Assembly (NCBI GenBank): GCA_903913865.1
Contig: CAIWMU010000214.1
Location: 69,386 to 133,385 of the forward strand
Direction of reading: 5' to 3'
DNA length: 64,000 bases
Source: an uncultured Verrucomicrobia subdivision 3 bacterium
Lineage (GTDB): Bacteria > Verrucomicrobiota > Verrucomicrobiia > Limisphaerales > UBA8199
In this document: positions 9,471-19,254 of the stretch, in pieces
Position numbering within the stretch: position 1 is the first letter of the stretch
How the letters are laid out: each line of letters opens with the position of its first letter
Position numbers and translations under genes: made by a program
The notes under the pieces: generated by a model
What the model was told of the DNA's origin: nothing
Seen by the model: the letters and a program-made list of their open reading frames with translations, nothing else
Database searches by the model: none

Positions 9471-9896
9471 ATGAGCACCATCACCGCCACATCCCAGATT
9501 TCCAGCAACTTAACAGGATCCGACCCCAGCCGCCTCCCCACCCAGACCCTCGGGCAGGATGATTTTCTGAAGCTGCTCGTCGCCCAGATGTCGACACAGG
9601 ACCCTCTTAATCCGACGAAGGACAGCGACTTCATCGCCCAGATGGCCCAGTTCAGCTCACTTGAGCAGGCAAAAAACATGGGAAATCAGCTGGGGTCCCT
9701 CCGCCTGGAACAGGAATTTCTTCAGGGCAACCAACTCATTGGTCGCGCAGTGGAACTGGAGGACGGTGGCAGCACCCTCAGCGGGGTGGTTTCTGCCATG
9801 CGAATTGAGGCAGGGACGCCGAAAATCGAAGTCAACGGTCACCTCTACGATCTCACCCAGGTGCGCTCGGTTGCGGTGCCCACAACCAACGGCTAA
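9471..9896 (+). CDS. flgD: Flagellar hook-capping protein FlgD
   Basis: QDDFLKLLVAQMSTQDPLNPTKDSDFIAQMAQFSSLEQ is the FlgD signature. Confidence 0.9.
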   Translation: MSTITATSQISSNLTGSDPSRLPTQTLGQDDFLKLLVAQMSTQDPLNPTKDSDFIAQMAQFSSLEQAKNMGNQLGSLRLEQEFLQGNQLIGRAVELEDGGSTLSGVVSAMRIEAGTPKIEVNGHLYDLTQVRSVAVPTTNG

Positions 9897-9901
9897 AACT
9901 C

Positions 9902-10720
9902 ATGCTCTCTTCCTTGAATTCAGGTGTCAGTGGCATCCAGCAGATGCAACAGCGGATGGATGTCATCGGCAACAACATCGCAAACGTCAATACAACCGGC
10001 TTCAAAAGCGCCCGCGCACTCTTCGCGGACACTTTCAGCCAGGCAATGAACGGATCCAGCTATCAGGTCGGCTCCGGGGTGACCACCAGCTCGATCCGCA
10101 GCGAGTTCAGCCAGGGCACCATCTCCCAGACAGGTGCTCCCGCCGATATGGCGATTGATGGAAACGGCTTCTTCGTTGTCCGCAACCCGCTTGATGGCAG
10201 CACCTACGCAACCCGTAGTGGAGAATTCCACAAGGACAACTCCGGATATCTCGTCAATGATGCGGGCTACCGGGTTCAGGGTTTTTCGGATGCGGGCCTG
10301 ACCACCCGGGGCGATCTCATGATCAACAGCACCGGGGCCCCTGCCACTGCGGCTGCCGATGCCACAGTCACCGGGCTCGGCTTCGACAACGAGGGCAAGC
10401 TTACAGTCCGCCTCAGTGATGGCACATCATTCGTGCGCGGCCAGGTGCTCCTTCAGGACTTTCAGAATCCGCAGACGCTCGTCAAGGAGGGGGGGAACCT
10501 CTACTCGAATATGGCCTCCGCCGGCCCTCTCACACAGACTCTGGCCCCGAAATCCAACGGGCTGGGCACCATCTCCTCCGGCGCGATCGAAACGTCCAAC
10601 GTCGATCTCACCAGCGAGTTTGCCTCCCTTATCACCACCCAAAGGGCCTTTCAGGCCAACGCAAAAATCATCACAACCAGCGACGAGATATTGCAGGATG
10701 TGGTGAACCTCAAACGCTAA
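9902..10720 (+). CDS. flgE: Flagellar hook protein FlgE (short form, 272 aa)
   Basis: N-motif MDVIGNNIANVNTTGFK, C-motif SNVDLTSEFASLITTQRAFQANAKIITTSDEILQDVVNLKR. Directly follows flgD. Confidence 0.8.
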   Translation: MLSSLNSGVSGIQQMQQRMDVIGNNIANVNTTGFKSARALFADTFSQAMNGSSYQVGSGVTTSSIRSEFSQGTISQTGAPADMAIDGNGFFVVRNPLDGSTYATRSGEFHKDNSGYLVNDAGYRVQGFSDAGLTTRGDLMINSTGAPATAAADATVTGLGFDNEGKLTVRLSDGTSFVRGQVLLQDFQNPQTLVKEGGNLYSNMASAGPLTQTLAPKSNGLGTISSGAIETSNVDLTSEFASLITTQRAFQANAKIITTSDEILQDVVNLKR

Positions 10721-10731
10721 CAGAAACCGGT

Positions 10732-11307
10732 ATGGCCGCACCACGCACAGACGCACCCAAAGCAGAGGAAACTGCCGAATCCACGGCAGCTGCAACACCG
10801 CCCGCAGCAACATCGAAGCTGGCGCAGTGGCTGCCCTTGCTCTGTTCCATCGCGCTCATGCCGGTGCTGGCCTATGCCGTCACAACATTCATTCTCCTGC
10901 CGAAGCTTCAAAAAGGGCTGGGCATCACGCCAGTTGCCGCCACCACCAAGGAGGCCGAGGGCGAGTCCAAGGAGCCAGGAACAAACCACAGCACTACAGC
11001 CTCCGGAGATTCTGAAAACGTGCCCATGACCAAGCTTCTGGTGAACGTTTCGGGAACCATGGGCTCCCGCTACCTCCTGACAAGCCTCACGCTCGTCGGG
11101 AAGGGAGGGTTGAAGGAGGAAGTGGCAAAACACGATGCCCAACTGCGTGATGTGGCTTGCGGACTTCTCAGCACAAAGACCATCACGGACATCGAAAAAC
11201 CAGGCGCACGGAACCTCATCCGCAGTGAACTGATCTCCGGCTTCAATCACATTCTGGGCAATGGATCCATTCAGGAGATCTTCCTCACCGAATTCGCCAT
11301 TCAATAG
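10732..11307 (+). CDS. fliL: Flagellar basal-body-associated protein FliL
   Basis: Single TM, then a FliL domain (LLVNVSGTMGSRYLLTSLTLVG..., IRSELISGFNHILGNGSIQEIFLTEFAIQ). Confidence 0.85.
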   Translation: MAAPRTDAPKAEETAESTAAATPPAATSKLAQWLPLLCSIALMPVLAYAVTTFILLPKLQKGLGITPVAATTKEAEGESKEPGTNHSTTASGDSENVPMTKLLVNVSGTMGSRYLLTSLTLVGKGGLKEEVAKHDAQLRDVACGLLSTKTITDIEKPGARNLIRSELISGFNHILGNGSIQEIFLTEFAIQ

Positions 11308-11308
11308 C

Positions 11309-12331
11309 ATGAATCCGAACGACCTATTGGACAGCACAGCTGAAGTCCTCTCGCAGAGCGAGGTGGAACGGCTGCTGTCCCAGGTTCAGGCCGAGGAGAC
11401 CTCGGCGGTGGTCGTTGGCCATTCAGGCAGGTCCAGCCGGATCAAAACGGAGGACATCCAACCCTGCGATTTTCGTCAACCCGCCTTCCTGACCGCCAGT
11501 GAACTGCGCCGCATCCGCCTGCGGCATGAGGATTTCATCCGCGCCCTGTCAGCCCGTCTGGCGGTGTTCCTCCGTCTGGAAGTGGGAATCCAGATGGCCA
11601 AACTGCACACGGTCCTCTACCAGAAATTCACGGAAACCCTCCAGAACCCAACTTTCCTGACCCTCTTCAAAGCTGAACCGCTCCGGGGTATCTGCCTGCT
11701 CGACATGCCCCCCCGGCTTGGACTCACAATGGTGGACCGCCTTCTGGGTGGACCGGCCCATTCGGTCAACGCCAACCGGGACCTCAGCGAGATCGAGATC
11801 GCCCTGCACGACCAGATCGCACGCGTCATCCTGGGCGAATGGTGCGGCCTTTGGCAGAAGATGATCGACCTGCGCCCCACCATCGTCGGCCACGAAAACA
11901 ACGGACGATTCCTGCAAACAGCACCGCACGACACAGTCATGCTCTGCGTGGCCATGGAGGTGCGCCTTGGGGACTGTCTGGAGACGATGCAGGTCGCCTT
12001 TCCTTACTTCACCGTTGAATCCCTCATCCGTCAACTGAGCCAGGCCAGTCAGACCGAAAAGAGTTCCCCCTCCAACGAGCCGACCCGGCCGGTTTGGAAT
12101 TCATCCCTCGACGATGTCAAAACACGGGTGACCGCCGAATGGCAGGGATTGACGCTGACAGCCGGCCAACTCGGTCAACTGAGACCCGGGGATGTCATCC
12201 CTCTCAATCTCGAGAGCATGACAAACGTCCAGGTCCAGATCGCCAGACTTCCCAAATTCCGTGGCCGCCTCGGCACATGTGGAAACCATTGGGCCGTTGA
12301 ACTTTTGGATTCCGTAAAGAAAGAGCTATGA
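11309..12331 (+). CDS. fliM: Flagellar motor switch protein FliM
   Basis: Internal ATG 11309 (MNPNDLLDS..LSQSEVERLL) begins right after the fliL stop. FliM middle domain and C-terminal SpoA/FliN-like domain are present. Confidence 0.92.
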   Translation: MNPNDLLDSTAEVLSQSEVERLLSQVQAEETSAVVVGHSGRSSRIKTEDIQPCDFRQPAFLTASELRRIRLRHEDFIRALSARLAVFLRLEVGIQMAKLHTVLYQKFTETLQNPTFLTLFKAEPLRGICLLDMPPRLGLTMVDRLLGGPAHSVNANRDLSEIEIALHDQIARVILGEWCGLWQKMIDLRPTIVGHENNGRFLQTAPHDTVMLCVAMEVRLGDCLETMQVAFPYFTVESLIRQLSQASQTEKSSPSNEPTRPVWNSSLDDVKTRVTAEWQGLTLTAGQLGQLRPGDVIPLNLESMTNVQVQIARLPKFRGRLGTCGNHWAVELLDSVKKEL

Positions 12332-12594
12332 GCAACCCCTCTGAAGGCCCGAACCTGAATGTCCTCCTTGATGTCCCTGTAAGCCTGACGGTCGAGTTGG
12401 GCGGTTGCCATATGCCGATGCGCGATGTTCTCCAACTGCGCAACGGCTCCGTGGTGCAACTCGACAAGCTGGCCGATGAACCGGTCCATCTCTCAGTCAA
12501 CAACAAAGTTGTCGCGCGGGGGGAAGTCGTTGTCGTGGACAGCCGGTTCGGCATCAAGATCACCGAGATCTTCGGGGAACCCCTGACGAAATGA
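12328..12594 (+). CDS. fliN: Flagellar motor switch protein FliN
   Basis: LLDVPVSLTVELGGCHMPMRDVLQLRNGSVVQLDKLADEPVHLSVNNKVVARGEVVVVDSRFGIKITEI is a SpoA domain. Confidence 0.92.
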   Translation: MSNPSEGPNLNVLLDVPVSLTVELGGCHMPMRDVLQLRNGSVVQLDKLADEPVHLSVNNKVVARGEVVVVDSRFGIKITEIFGEPLTK

Positions 12595-13028
12595 GCCGCA
12601 TCGGGTCCATCACCCTTCTCCTGTTTGGAACGTTGGGGCCGATGTCCGCCGAGACCAACGTCCTGCAGTCCATTCCCACCGCTCCAACCCTCTCCGCCGC
12701 GATGGCCCTGTTCCGCGTGCTGGGGGCGCTTGCCCTCGTCCTCGCCATCTTCTTTGGCGGCCTATGGCTTTTCAAGCATTGGCAGGGCCTTATTGCAGGA
12801 GGACGCCGCCCCAGGCAACTGGCGGTTCTGGAAGTTTGCTCCCTCGGCAACCGACAGGCACTCTATCTCGTCCGCTGCGGCACCCAGCGCTTCCTGCTCT
12901 CCAGCGCCGTCAACGGTGTCTCCATGGTAAGCCAACTCCCTGAAGGTGAGCCGGAGCCTGCGCCCTCCCCCATCCCTCCCGCACAGGGTTTTGCTGAGAA
13001 GCTCCAGAAAGCGCTTCACAGATCATGA
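12591..13028 (+). CDS. fliO: Flagellar biosynthesis protein FliO
   Basis: Small single-TM protein (ALALVLAIFFGGLWLF) with LAVLEVCSLGNRQALYLVRCGTQRFLL. Sits between fliN and fliP. Confidence 0.6.
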   Translation: MSRIGSITLLLFGTLGPMSAETNVLQSIPTAPTLSAAMALFRVLGALALVLAIFFGGLWLFKHWQGLIAGGRRPRQLAVLEVCSLGNRQALYLVRCGTQRFLLSSAVNGVSMVSQLPEGEPEPAPSPIPPAQGFAEKLQKALHRS

Positions 13029-13816
13029 ACCGCTCCGGATTACAGGCCGTCCGCCCATGGTTGCTGGCGGTGGCACTTCTTTTCTGGCTTGGCTGCTCAG
13101 TGGCCCAGGCACAGACAGGGAACCTCGGCTCAGGCCTCCCCATCAGCATCAACATCCAGACCGGCAATCCCACAGGCCAGGCTCCCGATATCGATGTGGG
13201 CATCCGCATCCTTTTCGCCCTCACACTGCTCACTCTGGCCCCTTCCATCATCCTGCTGATGACCTGCTTCACCCGCATTGTCATCGTTCTCTCCTTTGTT
13301 CGCACGGCACTCCAACTGCAGGGCGCACCATCCAACCAGATCATCGTCGGGCTGTCGCTTTTCATGACCTTCTTCATCATGTCCCCTGTTTGGGATGGCA
13401 TACAGAGGGATGCTCTAACCCCCTACCGGGCCGGGCAGGTCACCAGTGATGTGGCCCTCGAACGGGCCTCCGGCCATATCCGCGCCTTCATGCTCAAACA
13501 GACCCGCCCGAAAGATGTGGAACTCTTCGCCACCATGGCCAAACTTGGCCCCACATCCCCGGCAGAACTCCCCATCCGGGTTGTAGTCCCCTCCTTTATT
13601 ATCAGCGAGCTTCGCACCGCCTTTCAGATGGGATTCCTCCTTTTTGTCCCTTTCATTCTCATCGACCTGGTGGTTGCCACGGTGCTGATGAGCATGGGCA
13701 TGATGATGATGCCCCCGGCAACCATCGCCCTGCCCCTCAAAGTCCTCCTGTTCGTTCTCGTCGATGGATGGTCCCTTGTCGTCCGTTCACTCATGCAGAG
13801 CTTCGGAACCATCTGA
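13025..13816 (+). CDS. fliP: Flagellar export-gate protein FliP
   Basis: LTLLTLAPSIILLMTCFTRIVIVLSFVRTALQLQGAPSNQIIVGLSLFMTFFIMSPV and FLLFVPFILIDLVVATVLMSMGMMMMPP. Confidence 0.95.
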   Translation: MNRSGLQAVRPWLLAVALLFWLGCSVAQAQTGNLGSGLPISINIQTGNPTGQAPDIDVGIRILFALTLLTLAPSIILLMTCFTRIVIVLSFVRTALQLQGAPSNQIIVGLSLFMTFFIMSPVWDGIQRDALTPYRAGQVTSDVALERASGHIRAFMLKQTRPKDVELFATMAKLGPTSPAELPIRVVVPSFIISELRTAFQMGFLLFVPFILIDLVVATVLMSMGMMMMPPATIALPLKVLLFVLVDGWSLVVRSLMQSFGTI

Positions 13817-13831
13817 GCCGGATCAAAGATT

Positions 13832-14101
13832 ATGAATCCAGAATTTTGCACTGAACTCCTCAAGACCCTGATGCTTGAATCCGTGATGCTGGCGGCCCCG
13901 TTTCTGGCCACCGCGATCGTCATAGGTCTTATCGTCAGCCTGTTTCAGGCCATCTCCGGAATCAGTGAGCAGACATTGACCTTTGTCCCGAAGGCACTGG
14001 GAATTGTGGCACTGTTGCTGCTGCTCATGCCCTGGATGATTCGAAATGTTGTGGAATTCACCACTGCGGTTTTTGAAAAACTGCCGCAGATGGCCCATTG
14101 A
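13832..14101 (+). CDS. fliQ: Flagellar export-gate protein FliQ
   Basis: 89-aa, two-TM protein: IVIGLIVSLFQAISGISEQTLTFVPKALGI. Confidence 0.93.
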   Translation: MNPEFCTELLKTLMLESVMLAAPFLATAIVIGLIVSLFQAISGISEQTLTFVPKALGIVALLLLLMPWMIRNVVEFTTAVFEKLPQMAH

Positions 14102-14107
14102 GCACGC

Positions 14108-14875
14108 ATGGAAGAGGCACTGCAATCCTGGTTGCTGGCATTCTTCCGTTCGGGTGCCTTCCTCACGGTGCTCCCGCTTTTTTCCGGTTCCGGCATACCG
14201 GCCCAGGTGCGGGTGGCCCTTGCCGCCCTGCTCGGCCTGCTGATTGCCCCGGGCGTTCACACATCCCCGCTGGCAGGCACTCATCTCAGTGGCTTGATCG
14301 GTTTGTGTGCCCAGGAGGTTTTCAGCGGGGTGGCCCTCGGCTTCATCGGCCGGATGGCGTTTTACAGTGCGGATTTTGCCGGTCGCCTCATCGCCAATGA
14401 ACTGGGGCTTTCCCTGGCGAGCATGTTCGATCCCCTCACCCAGGCCACCAATCAGGCTCCCGGAGTCATCATGTTCTGGATGACCCTTCTCCTCATGCTC
14501 TCCCTGGATCTGCACCACTGGCTGCTTGCCGCGTTTCAACAAAGCTACGAGGTGCTTCCCGCAGGTGCGGCCTGGATCAATGCCGCAACTGTGGACAACG
14601 TCACCCGGCATACAGCCCGTGTCCTGGCCGTCGGCCTGCGCATGGCCGCTCCCATGATCGCCGTCTCCTTCATCATCGTCCTCGTCTTTGCCATGCTGGG
14701 GCGGGCGGTTCCCCAGATGAACGTGTTCAGCGAGAGTCTCGCCGTCCGCATTCTGGGTGGTTTGAGCGTGTTCTCCTTCACACTCGGAATCGTCGCGGAA
14801 CATCTGGCCAACTACCTGCGTCGCATCCCTGAGGATCTGCTTCGGCTTGGTCAACTAATGGCGGGCCACTCATGA
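14108..14875 (+). CDS. fliR: Flagellar export-gate protein FliR
   Basis: 255-aa polytopic membrane protein in the canonical slot (FFRSGAFLTVLPLFSG...). Confidence 0.9.
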   Translation: MEEALQSWLLAFFRSGAFLTVLPLFSGSGIPAQVRVALAALLGLLIAPGVHTSPLAGTHLSGLIGLCAQEVFSGVALGFIGRMAFYSADFAGRLIANELGLSLASMFDPLTQATNQAPGVIMFWMTLLLMLSLDLHHWLLAAFQQSYEVLPAGAAWINAATVDNVTRHTARVLAVGLRMAAPMIAVSFIIVLVFAMLGRAVPQMNVFSESLAVRILGGLSVFSFTLGIVAEHLANYLRRIPEDLLRLGQLMAGHS

Positions 14876-15954
14876 GCGAGAGTGCTGGCGAGAAGACAGA
14901 GGCACCGTCAACGAAGAAGCTGGAGGAGGCCCAGCAGCGGGGCCAGTTCCCCAAAAGCGCCGAGGTTCAGACCGTCTTCGTCATGCTCGGCGGCCTCTGC
15001 GGATTGATGTTTGCCGGACCGGAATTGTGGAACTATCTCGCGCAAAGTCTGGCCTCCACGATGGGACACATTCATGACACCCCCGTCTCTGCCACCGCCC
15101 TTCAGGGGTATGCAGCCCTTGGGCTGCTTGGTCTGGGCAAATGCCTCTGGCCCGTTCTCGGAGGCACAGTCCTGGGGGGATTGCTCGCCGGGGCCATTCA
15201 AAGCCGGTTCACAACCTGCCCCGAGGCGCTAACCATCAACTTTGAGCGCCTCAATCCTGTTGAGGGTTTTAAGCGGATCTTTTCCATGCGCTCCGCCATG
15301 CCCACCGGCATCGCCCTCTTCAAGCTGGCCTTTATTTCCCTACTCACCTGGTCCACCGTCAAGGAGGTTCTGGGTGATCCCATCCTCACTCAGGCCGTGG
15401 ATCTGGCCCGCCTTGGATCCTTTCTGGCAGAATCGACGCTCAAAATAGCCCTCCGCATCCTGATGCTGCTGGGCGTCGTCGCAGCAGCAGACTATTCCTA
15501 CCAGTGCTGGCGCAGTTACAAGGACATGATGATGACCAAGGAGGAGGTCAAGGAGGAGGCGAAAGGCTCCGAAGGCAATCCCCAGGTCAAAAGCGCGCAA
15601 CGCCGGAAGCGCCGGAAATCCAAGCGCAAAATGCTCGAGGAGGTTGCTTTCGCGGATGTCGTTGTCACCAACCCCACTCATATCGCCATCGCCCTGAAAT
15701 ATGATCGCAAAACCATGCAGGCACCAAAAATTCTCGCCAAGGGAATAAGGCTGAATGCACAGCAAATCCGTGAAATTGCCCAGCAACATCAGGTGCCTAT
15801 CGTCGAAAACAAGCCCCTGGCGAGGCTAATGTTCAAATATGGGAAGGTGGGTGGCGAGATTCCTGCTCAGCTATTTGCAGCGGTCGCCGAAGTGCTGGCC
15901 TGGGTGTATCGAAACAATCGTTATCGGTATTACGCCGAGGCCAACCGGGCTTAA
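14872..15954 (+). CDS. flhB: Flagellar export switch protein FlhB
   Basis: EKTEAPSTKKLEEAQQRGQFPKS N-terminus, the NPTH autocleavage motif (VVVTNPTHIAIAL) and C-terminal PIVENKPLARLM. Confidence 0.95.
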   Translation: MSESAGEKTEAPSTKKLEEAQQRGQFPKSAEVQTVFVMLGGLCGLMFAGPELWNYLAQSLASTMGHIHDTPVSATALQGYAALGLLGLGKCLWPVLGGTVLGGLLAGAIQSRFTTCPEALTINFERLNPVEGFKRIFSMRSAMPTGIALFKLAFISLLTWSTVKEVLGDPILTQAVDLARLGSFLAESTLKIALRILMLLGVVAAADYSYQCWRSYKDMMMTKEEVKEEAKGSEGNPQVKSAQRRKRRKSKRKMLEEVAFADVVVTNPTHIAIALKYDRKTMQAPKILAKGIRLNAQQIREIAQQHQVPIVENKPLARLMFKYGKVGGEIPAQLFAAVAEVLAWVYRNNRYRYYAEANRA

Positions 15955-15973
15955 CCCGGCAAAATTTGCCGGG
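15955..15973 (+). other. Short perfect palindrome (CCCGGCAAA-A-TTTGCCGGG) between flhB and flhA
   Basis: Read directly from the sequence. No T-tract follows, so a terminator or attenuator role is uncertain. Confidence 0.25.
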
Positions 15974-16036
15974 CGTGGTAAAAACCACATCCCCGGTTGG
16001 GAATCCTCCCAGCAGGCACAAGGCTCCGCCTGAAAA

Positions 16037-18148
16037 ATGGCTGCATTTAGTCAAAATTTGCGTCGGCTCATGGAGCATGGAGATGTCTGGCTGATCGCCG
16101 GGCTCTTCGGCACGGTATTGCTGCTCATCCTGCCCGTTCCAACCATGCTGCTGGATGGTCTGCTGGCTGCCAGCATAGCCCTCTCCCTCCTCACCCTGCT
16201 GGTCATTCTTTACGTCCGCCAGCCCGCCGACTTCACCGGCTTTCCCACCCTGCTGCTCTTTATCACCCTGTTCCGGCTCAGCCTGAACGTGGCCACCACC
16301 CGGCTCATCCTGCTGGATGGTTACGCAGGCCATATCATTGAGGCGTTCGGCAACTTCGTGGTCCGGGGTAACTACGTGGTCGGTCTTGTCGTTTTCCTCC
16401 TGCTGGTCCTCATCAATTTCATCGTCATCACCAAGGGTGCCGGACGTATCGCCGAGGTCGCGGCCAGATTCACCCTCGACGCCATGCCCGGCAAGCAGAT
16501 GGCCATCGATGCGGAGTTGAATGCTGGCATCATTGCCGAAGCCGAAGCCCGCACCCGCCGGAAGGCGGTCGAGCAGGAAGCGGACTTCTACGGCGCGATG
16601 GACGGTGCCAGCAAGTTCGTCCGTGGGGATGCCATCGCCGCCATCCTCATCACGGTCATCAATATTCTGGGAGGATTCGCCATCGGCATCGCCCAAAAAG
16701 GGATGACCATGACCGAATCCCTCCAAAGGTTCACCATCCTCTCGATCGGGGATGGTCTGGTCTCCCAAATCCCAGCCCTCATCACATCCACCGCCGCAGG
16801 TATCCTGGTGACGCGTGCCGCCTCGAAGAACGATCTTGGTCAGGAGTTGGGCCGCCAGTTGTTCTTCCATCCCAGGGCCATGGCCATTCTGGCGGTCATG
16901 ATGACAGTCCTTGCCCTCGTCCCGGGCCTGCCGATGATGCCCTTCCTCATTCTGGCACTCCTCTCAGCCGGGCTGGCCTACACCTTGAAACAAAACGGCC
17001 CCATTGGCGGTGTAAGTGCCGAGGCCAAGGGTGCCGCCGGCAAGCCGGGTGCCCCCGCAACCGCCGCTGCCGGTGGAGCAACCCCCGCAGCTGCGAAGAC
17101 ACCTGAGAAGCTCGAAACCCTGCTTCAGTTGGACACGCTTCAGGTCGAACTGGGCTACGGGCTCGTCTCCATGGCGGATACACGCCGTGGCGGGGATCTT
17201 CTGGAACGGATCACCGGGGTTCGCCGCACCTTCGCACAGGACATGGGAATGCTGGTGCCCCCGATCCGCCTCCGGGACAACCTCCAACTCGGCCCCAACG
17301 AATATCGATTCCTCCTCAAAGGCATTCCCATCGCACAGGGCCAGCTGCATCCCGGCCATTGGCTGGCCATGAATGCCACAAACAGCAAGGGAGTCCTCAA
17401 GGGAATTCCCACTCTGGAACCTGTCTTCCAACTGCCCGCAACATGGGTGACCGATGTCGAGCGCAAGACCGCCGAAATCAACGGTTACACCCTCGTTGAT
17501 GCCCCCTCTGTCATGGTCACGCACCTGAGCGAAACCATGCGCCGTCATGCGCAGGAAATCCTGAGCCGGCAGGATGTTCAAAACCTGTTGGACAACCTCA
17601 AACAAACTCATCCCACCGTTGTCAACGAACTCATTCCCGGCCTTCTGAATGTCGGTCAGGTTCAACGCATTCTCCAAAACCTGCTCGCCGAGGGGATCTC
17701 CATCCGCAACCTGGCAGGCATCCTGGAACGGGTGGGCGACTACGCGGCGCAAACCAAGAACCCGGATGAGCTGTCAGAATTCGCCCGCCGGGCCCTGGGA
17801 TCCCAGGTCACACGCCCCTTCCAAATGCAGAATGGCAGCGTGCGCGCCATCACTCTGGATCCCCGCCTGGAACAGCAACTGGCGCAGGGGTTGAGGCAGT
17901 CCCAGAGTGAAGTCGCCCTGGTCATGGAACCTAATCTCGCCCGGCACATTCTCGAAAAGCTGGGGAAAGTCGTCCAGCAGATGCTCGCGGCGGGCCATCC
18001 CCCGGTGGTGCTCTGCTCCCCGCAAATCCGGCTGGCGTTTAGAAGGTTTTTTGAGTCGAACTTTTCCGATCTGACCGTCCTCTCCTACGCCGAACTGCCG
18101 CCCCGTCTGGAGATCCAGAACGCCGGGATCATCCCCTCCCACGAGTAG
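16037..18148 (+). CDS. flhA: Flagellar export-gate protein FlhA
   Basis: FHIPEP family motifs (FPTLLLFITLFRLSLNVATTRLIL, RFTLDAMPGKQMAIDAELNAG, GAMDGASKFVRGDAIA), plus a cytoplasmic C-domain. Confidence 0.97.
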   Translation: MAAFSQNLRRLMEHGDVWLIAGLFGTVLLLILPVPTMLLDGLLAASIALSLLTLLVILYVRQPADFTGFPTLLLFITLFRLSLNVATTRLILLDGYAGHIIEAFGNFVVRGNYVVGLVVFLLLVLINFIVITKGAGRIAEVAARFTLDAMPGKQMAIDAELNAGIIAEAEARTRRKAVEQEADFYGAMDGASKFVRGDAIAAILITVINILGGFAIGIAQKGMTMTESLQRFTILSIGDGLVSQIPALITSTAAGILVTRAASKNDLGQELGRQLFFHPRAMAILAVMMTVLALVPGLPMMPFLILALLSAGLAYTLKQNGPIGGVSAEAKGAAGKPGAPATAAAGGATPAAAKTPEKLETLLQLDTLQVELGYGLVSMADTRRGGDLLERITGVRRTFAQDMGMLVPPIRLRDNLQLGPNEYRFLLKGIPIAQGQLHPGHWLAMNATNSKGVLKGIPTLEPVFQLPATWVTDVERKTAEINGYTLVDAPSVMVTHLSETMRRHAQEILSRQDVQNLLDNLKQTHPTVVNELIPGLLNVGQVQRILQNLLAEGISIRNLAGILERVGDYAAQTKNPDELSEFARRALGSQVTRPFQMQNGSVRAITLDPRLEQQLAQGLRQSQSEVALVMEPNLARHILEKLGKVVQQMLAAGHPPVVLCSPQIRLAFRRFFESNFSDLTVLSYAELPPRLEIQNAGIIPSHE

Positions 18149-18160
18149 GATCCAGACTCC

Positions 18161-19186
18161 ATGCAAGTTCACCGCTTCCTGGCCCGCGATGCAAATCATG
18201 CCATCGCACAAATCCGCCAGGAACTGGGGCCGGAGGCGGTCGTGGCCCATGTCCGCCCCGCACCCGTCACCGGCCTGTCCCGCCTCTGGCGGCGGCCTGG
18301 AATTGAGGTGCTCGCCTACCTTCCGGATCCAACACCAGAAGCAGAACCGGCGCAACCTGCAGAACCCGCTCCGAAACCCATACCCACCCCGGAACCCCCG
18401 CCAACCGCGCCCAGTCTGGCAGGGCTGGATGAGCCCATTGTGGGAAGCAGCAGCTGCCGCCTGCTGGAAAGCATCGGCCTGCTGCCGATCCTTGCGGAGC
18501 GGGTCTGGGAGCATGCACTCTCGTGCCACGCCGGCAACCCGCCGGATGGTCCGGCTCAGGAATTCGAGTGGGCCAAATCAGCCCTCGCCTCCTTTTGGCA
18601 GGTTCAAAAGGATCCAGCCTCTGCTCCAAGTGTGGAGGTGTTTGTGGGTCCCCACGGGAGCGGAAAGACGACTGTCCTGTGCAAGTGGCTTACCCAGTCT
18701 GTTTTTTCCCAGGGCAGGCAGTCGTGCGTCTGGCGTCTGGACGGGCCGGGAGCCAATTTTGCCACACATCTGGATCTCCACTGCGAAATGCTGAAGGTTC
18801 AGGTTCTAAGAACCTGGTCCAAAAACATGGCAGCCGATTGGGAACAAGGCTTTGTCGACCTTCCCGGTGTGGATTATCACGATGCTGCGGCCATGTCCTC
18901 GCTCCGGAGCCGGTTGGGCCAGTTCCCTGGTGCCCGCGTGCACCTTTGCCTGAATGCCGCCTACTCCACCCGGCTGCTGATCGAGCAGGTTCGCGCCTTC
19001 GACTCCCTGCCCATCACCGATCTCATTTTGACACACCTCGATGAGGAAAGATCGTGGGGAAAGCTCTGGAACCTGGTGGTAGGCACAAAATTCACCCCCT
19101 CCTTCCTCGCCGCTGGGCAAAATATTCCCGGGGACTTCCGCCCAGCCACCCCGGAACAGCTTTTCAGGGGCCGTTTTTCTCTCTGA
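18161..19186 (+). CDS. flhF: Flagellar SRP-type GTPase FlhF
   Basis: G1 VGPHGSGKTT, G3 DLPG, THLDE (TKxDE-like) motif. Pro-rich linker. Follows flhA. Confidence 0.85.
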   Translation: MQVHRFLARDANHAIAQIRQELGPEAVVAHVRPAPVTGLSRLWRRPGIEVLAYLPDPTPEAEPAQPAEPAPKPIPTPEPPPTAPSLAGLDEPIVGSSSCRLLESIGLLPILAERVWEHALSCHAGNPPDGPAQEFEWAKSALASFWQVQKDPASAPSVEVFVGPHGSGKTTVLCKWLTQSVFSQGRQSCVWRLDGPGANFATHLDLHCEMLKVQVLRTWSKNMAADWEQGFVDLPGVDYHDAAAMSSLRSRLGQFPGARVHLCLNAAYSTRLLIEQVRAFDSLPITDLILTHLDEERSWGKLWNLVVGTKFTPSFLAAGQNIPGDFRPATPEQLFRGRFSL

Positions 19187-19224
19187 TCCTGCTTTCACAG
19201 CTGTTTTCTTGCGTTCATGCCGGA

Positions 19225-19240
19225 TGGCAAAGCCCTTGCT
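19225..19240 (+). promoter_or_regulatory. Candidate sigma54 promoter ahead of the small ORF-fliA-motAB unit
   Basis: TGGCAA-agccc-TTGCT with correct GG-N10-GC spacing. Lies in the 68-nt gap after flhF. Confidence 0.45.
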
Positions 19241-19254
19241 AAGCAACAGGCAGC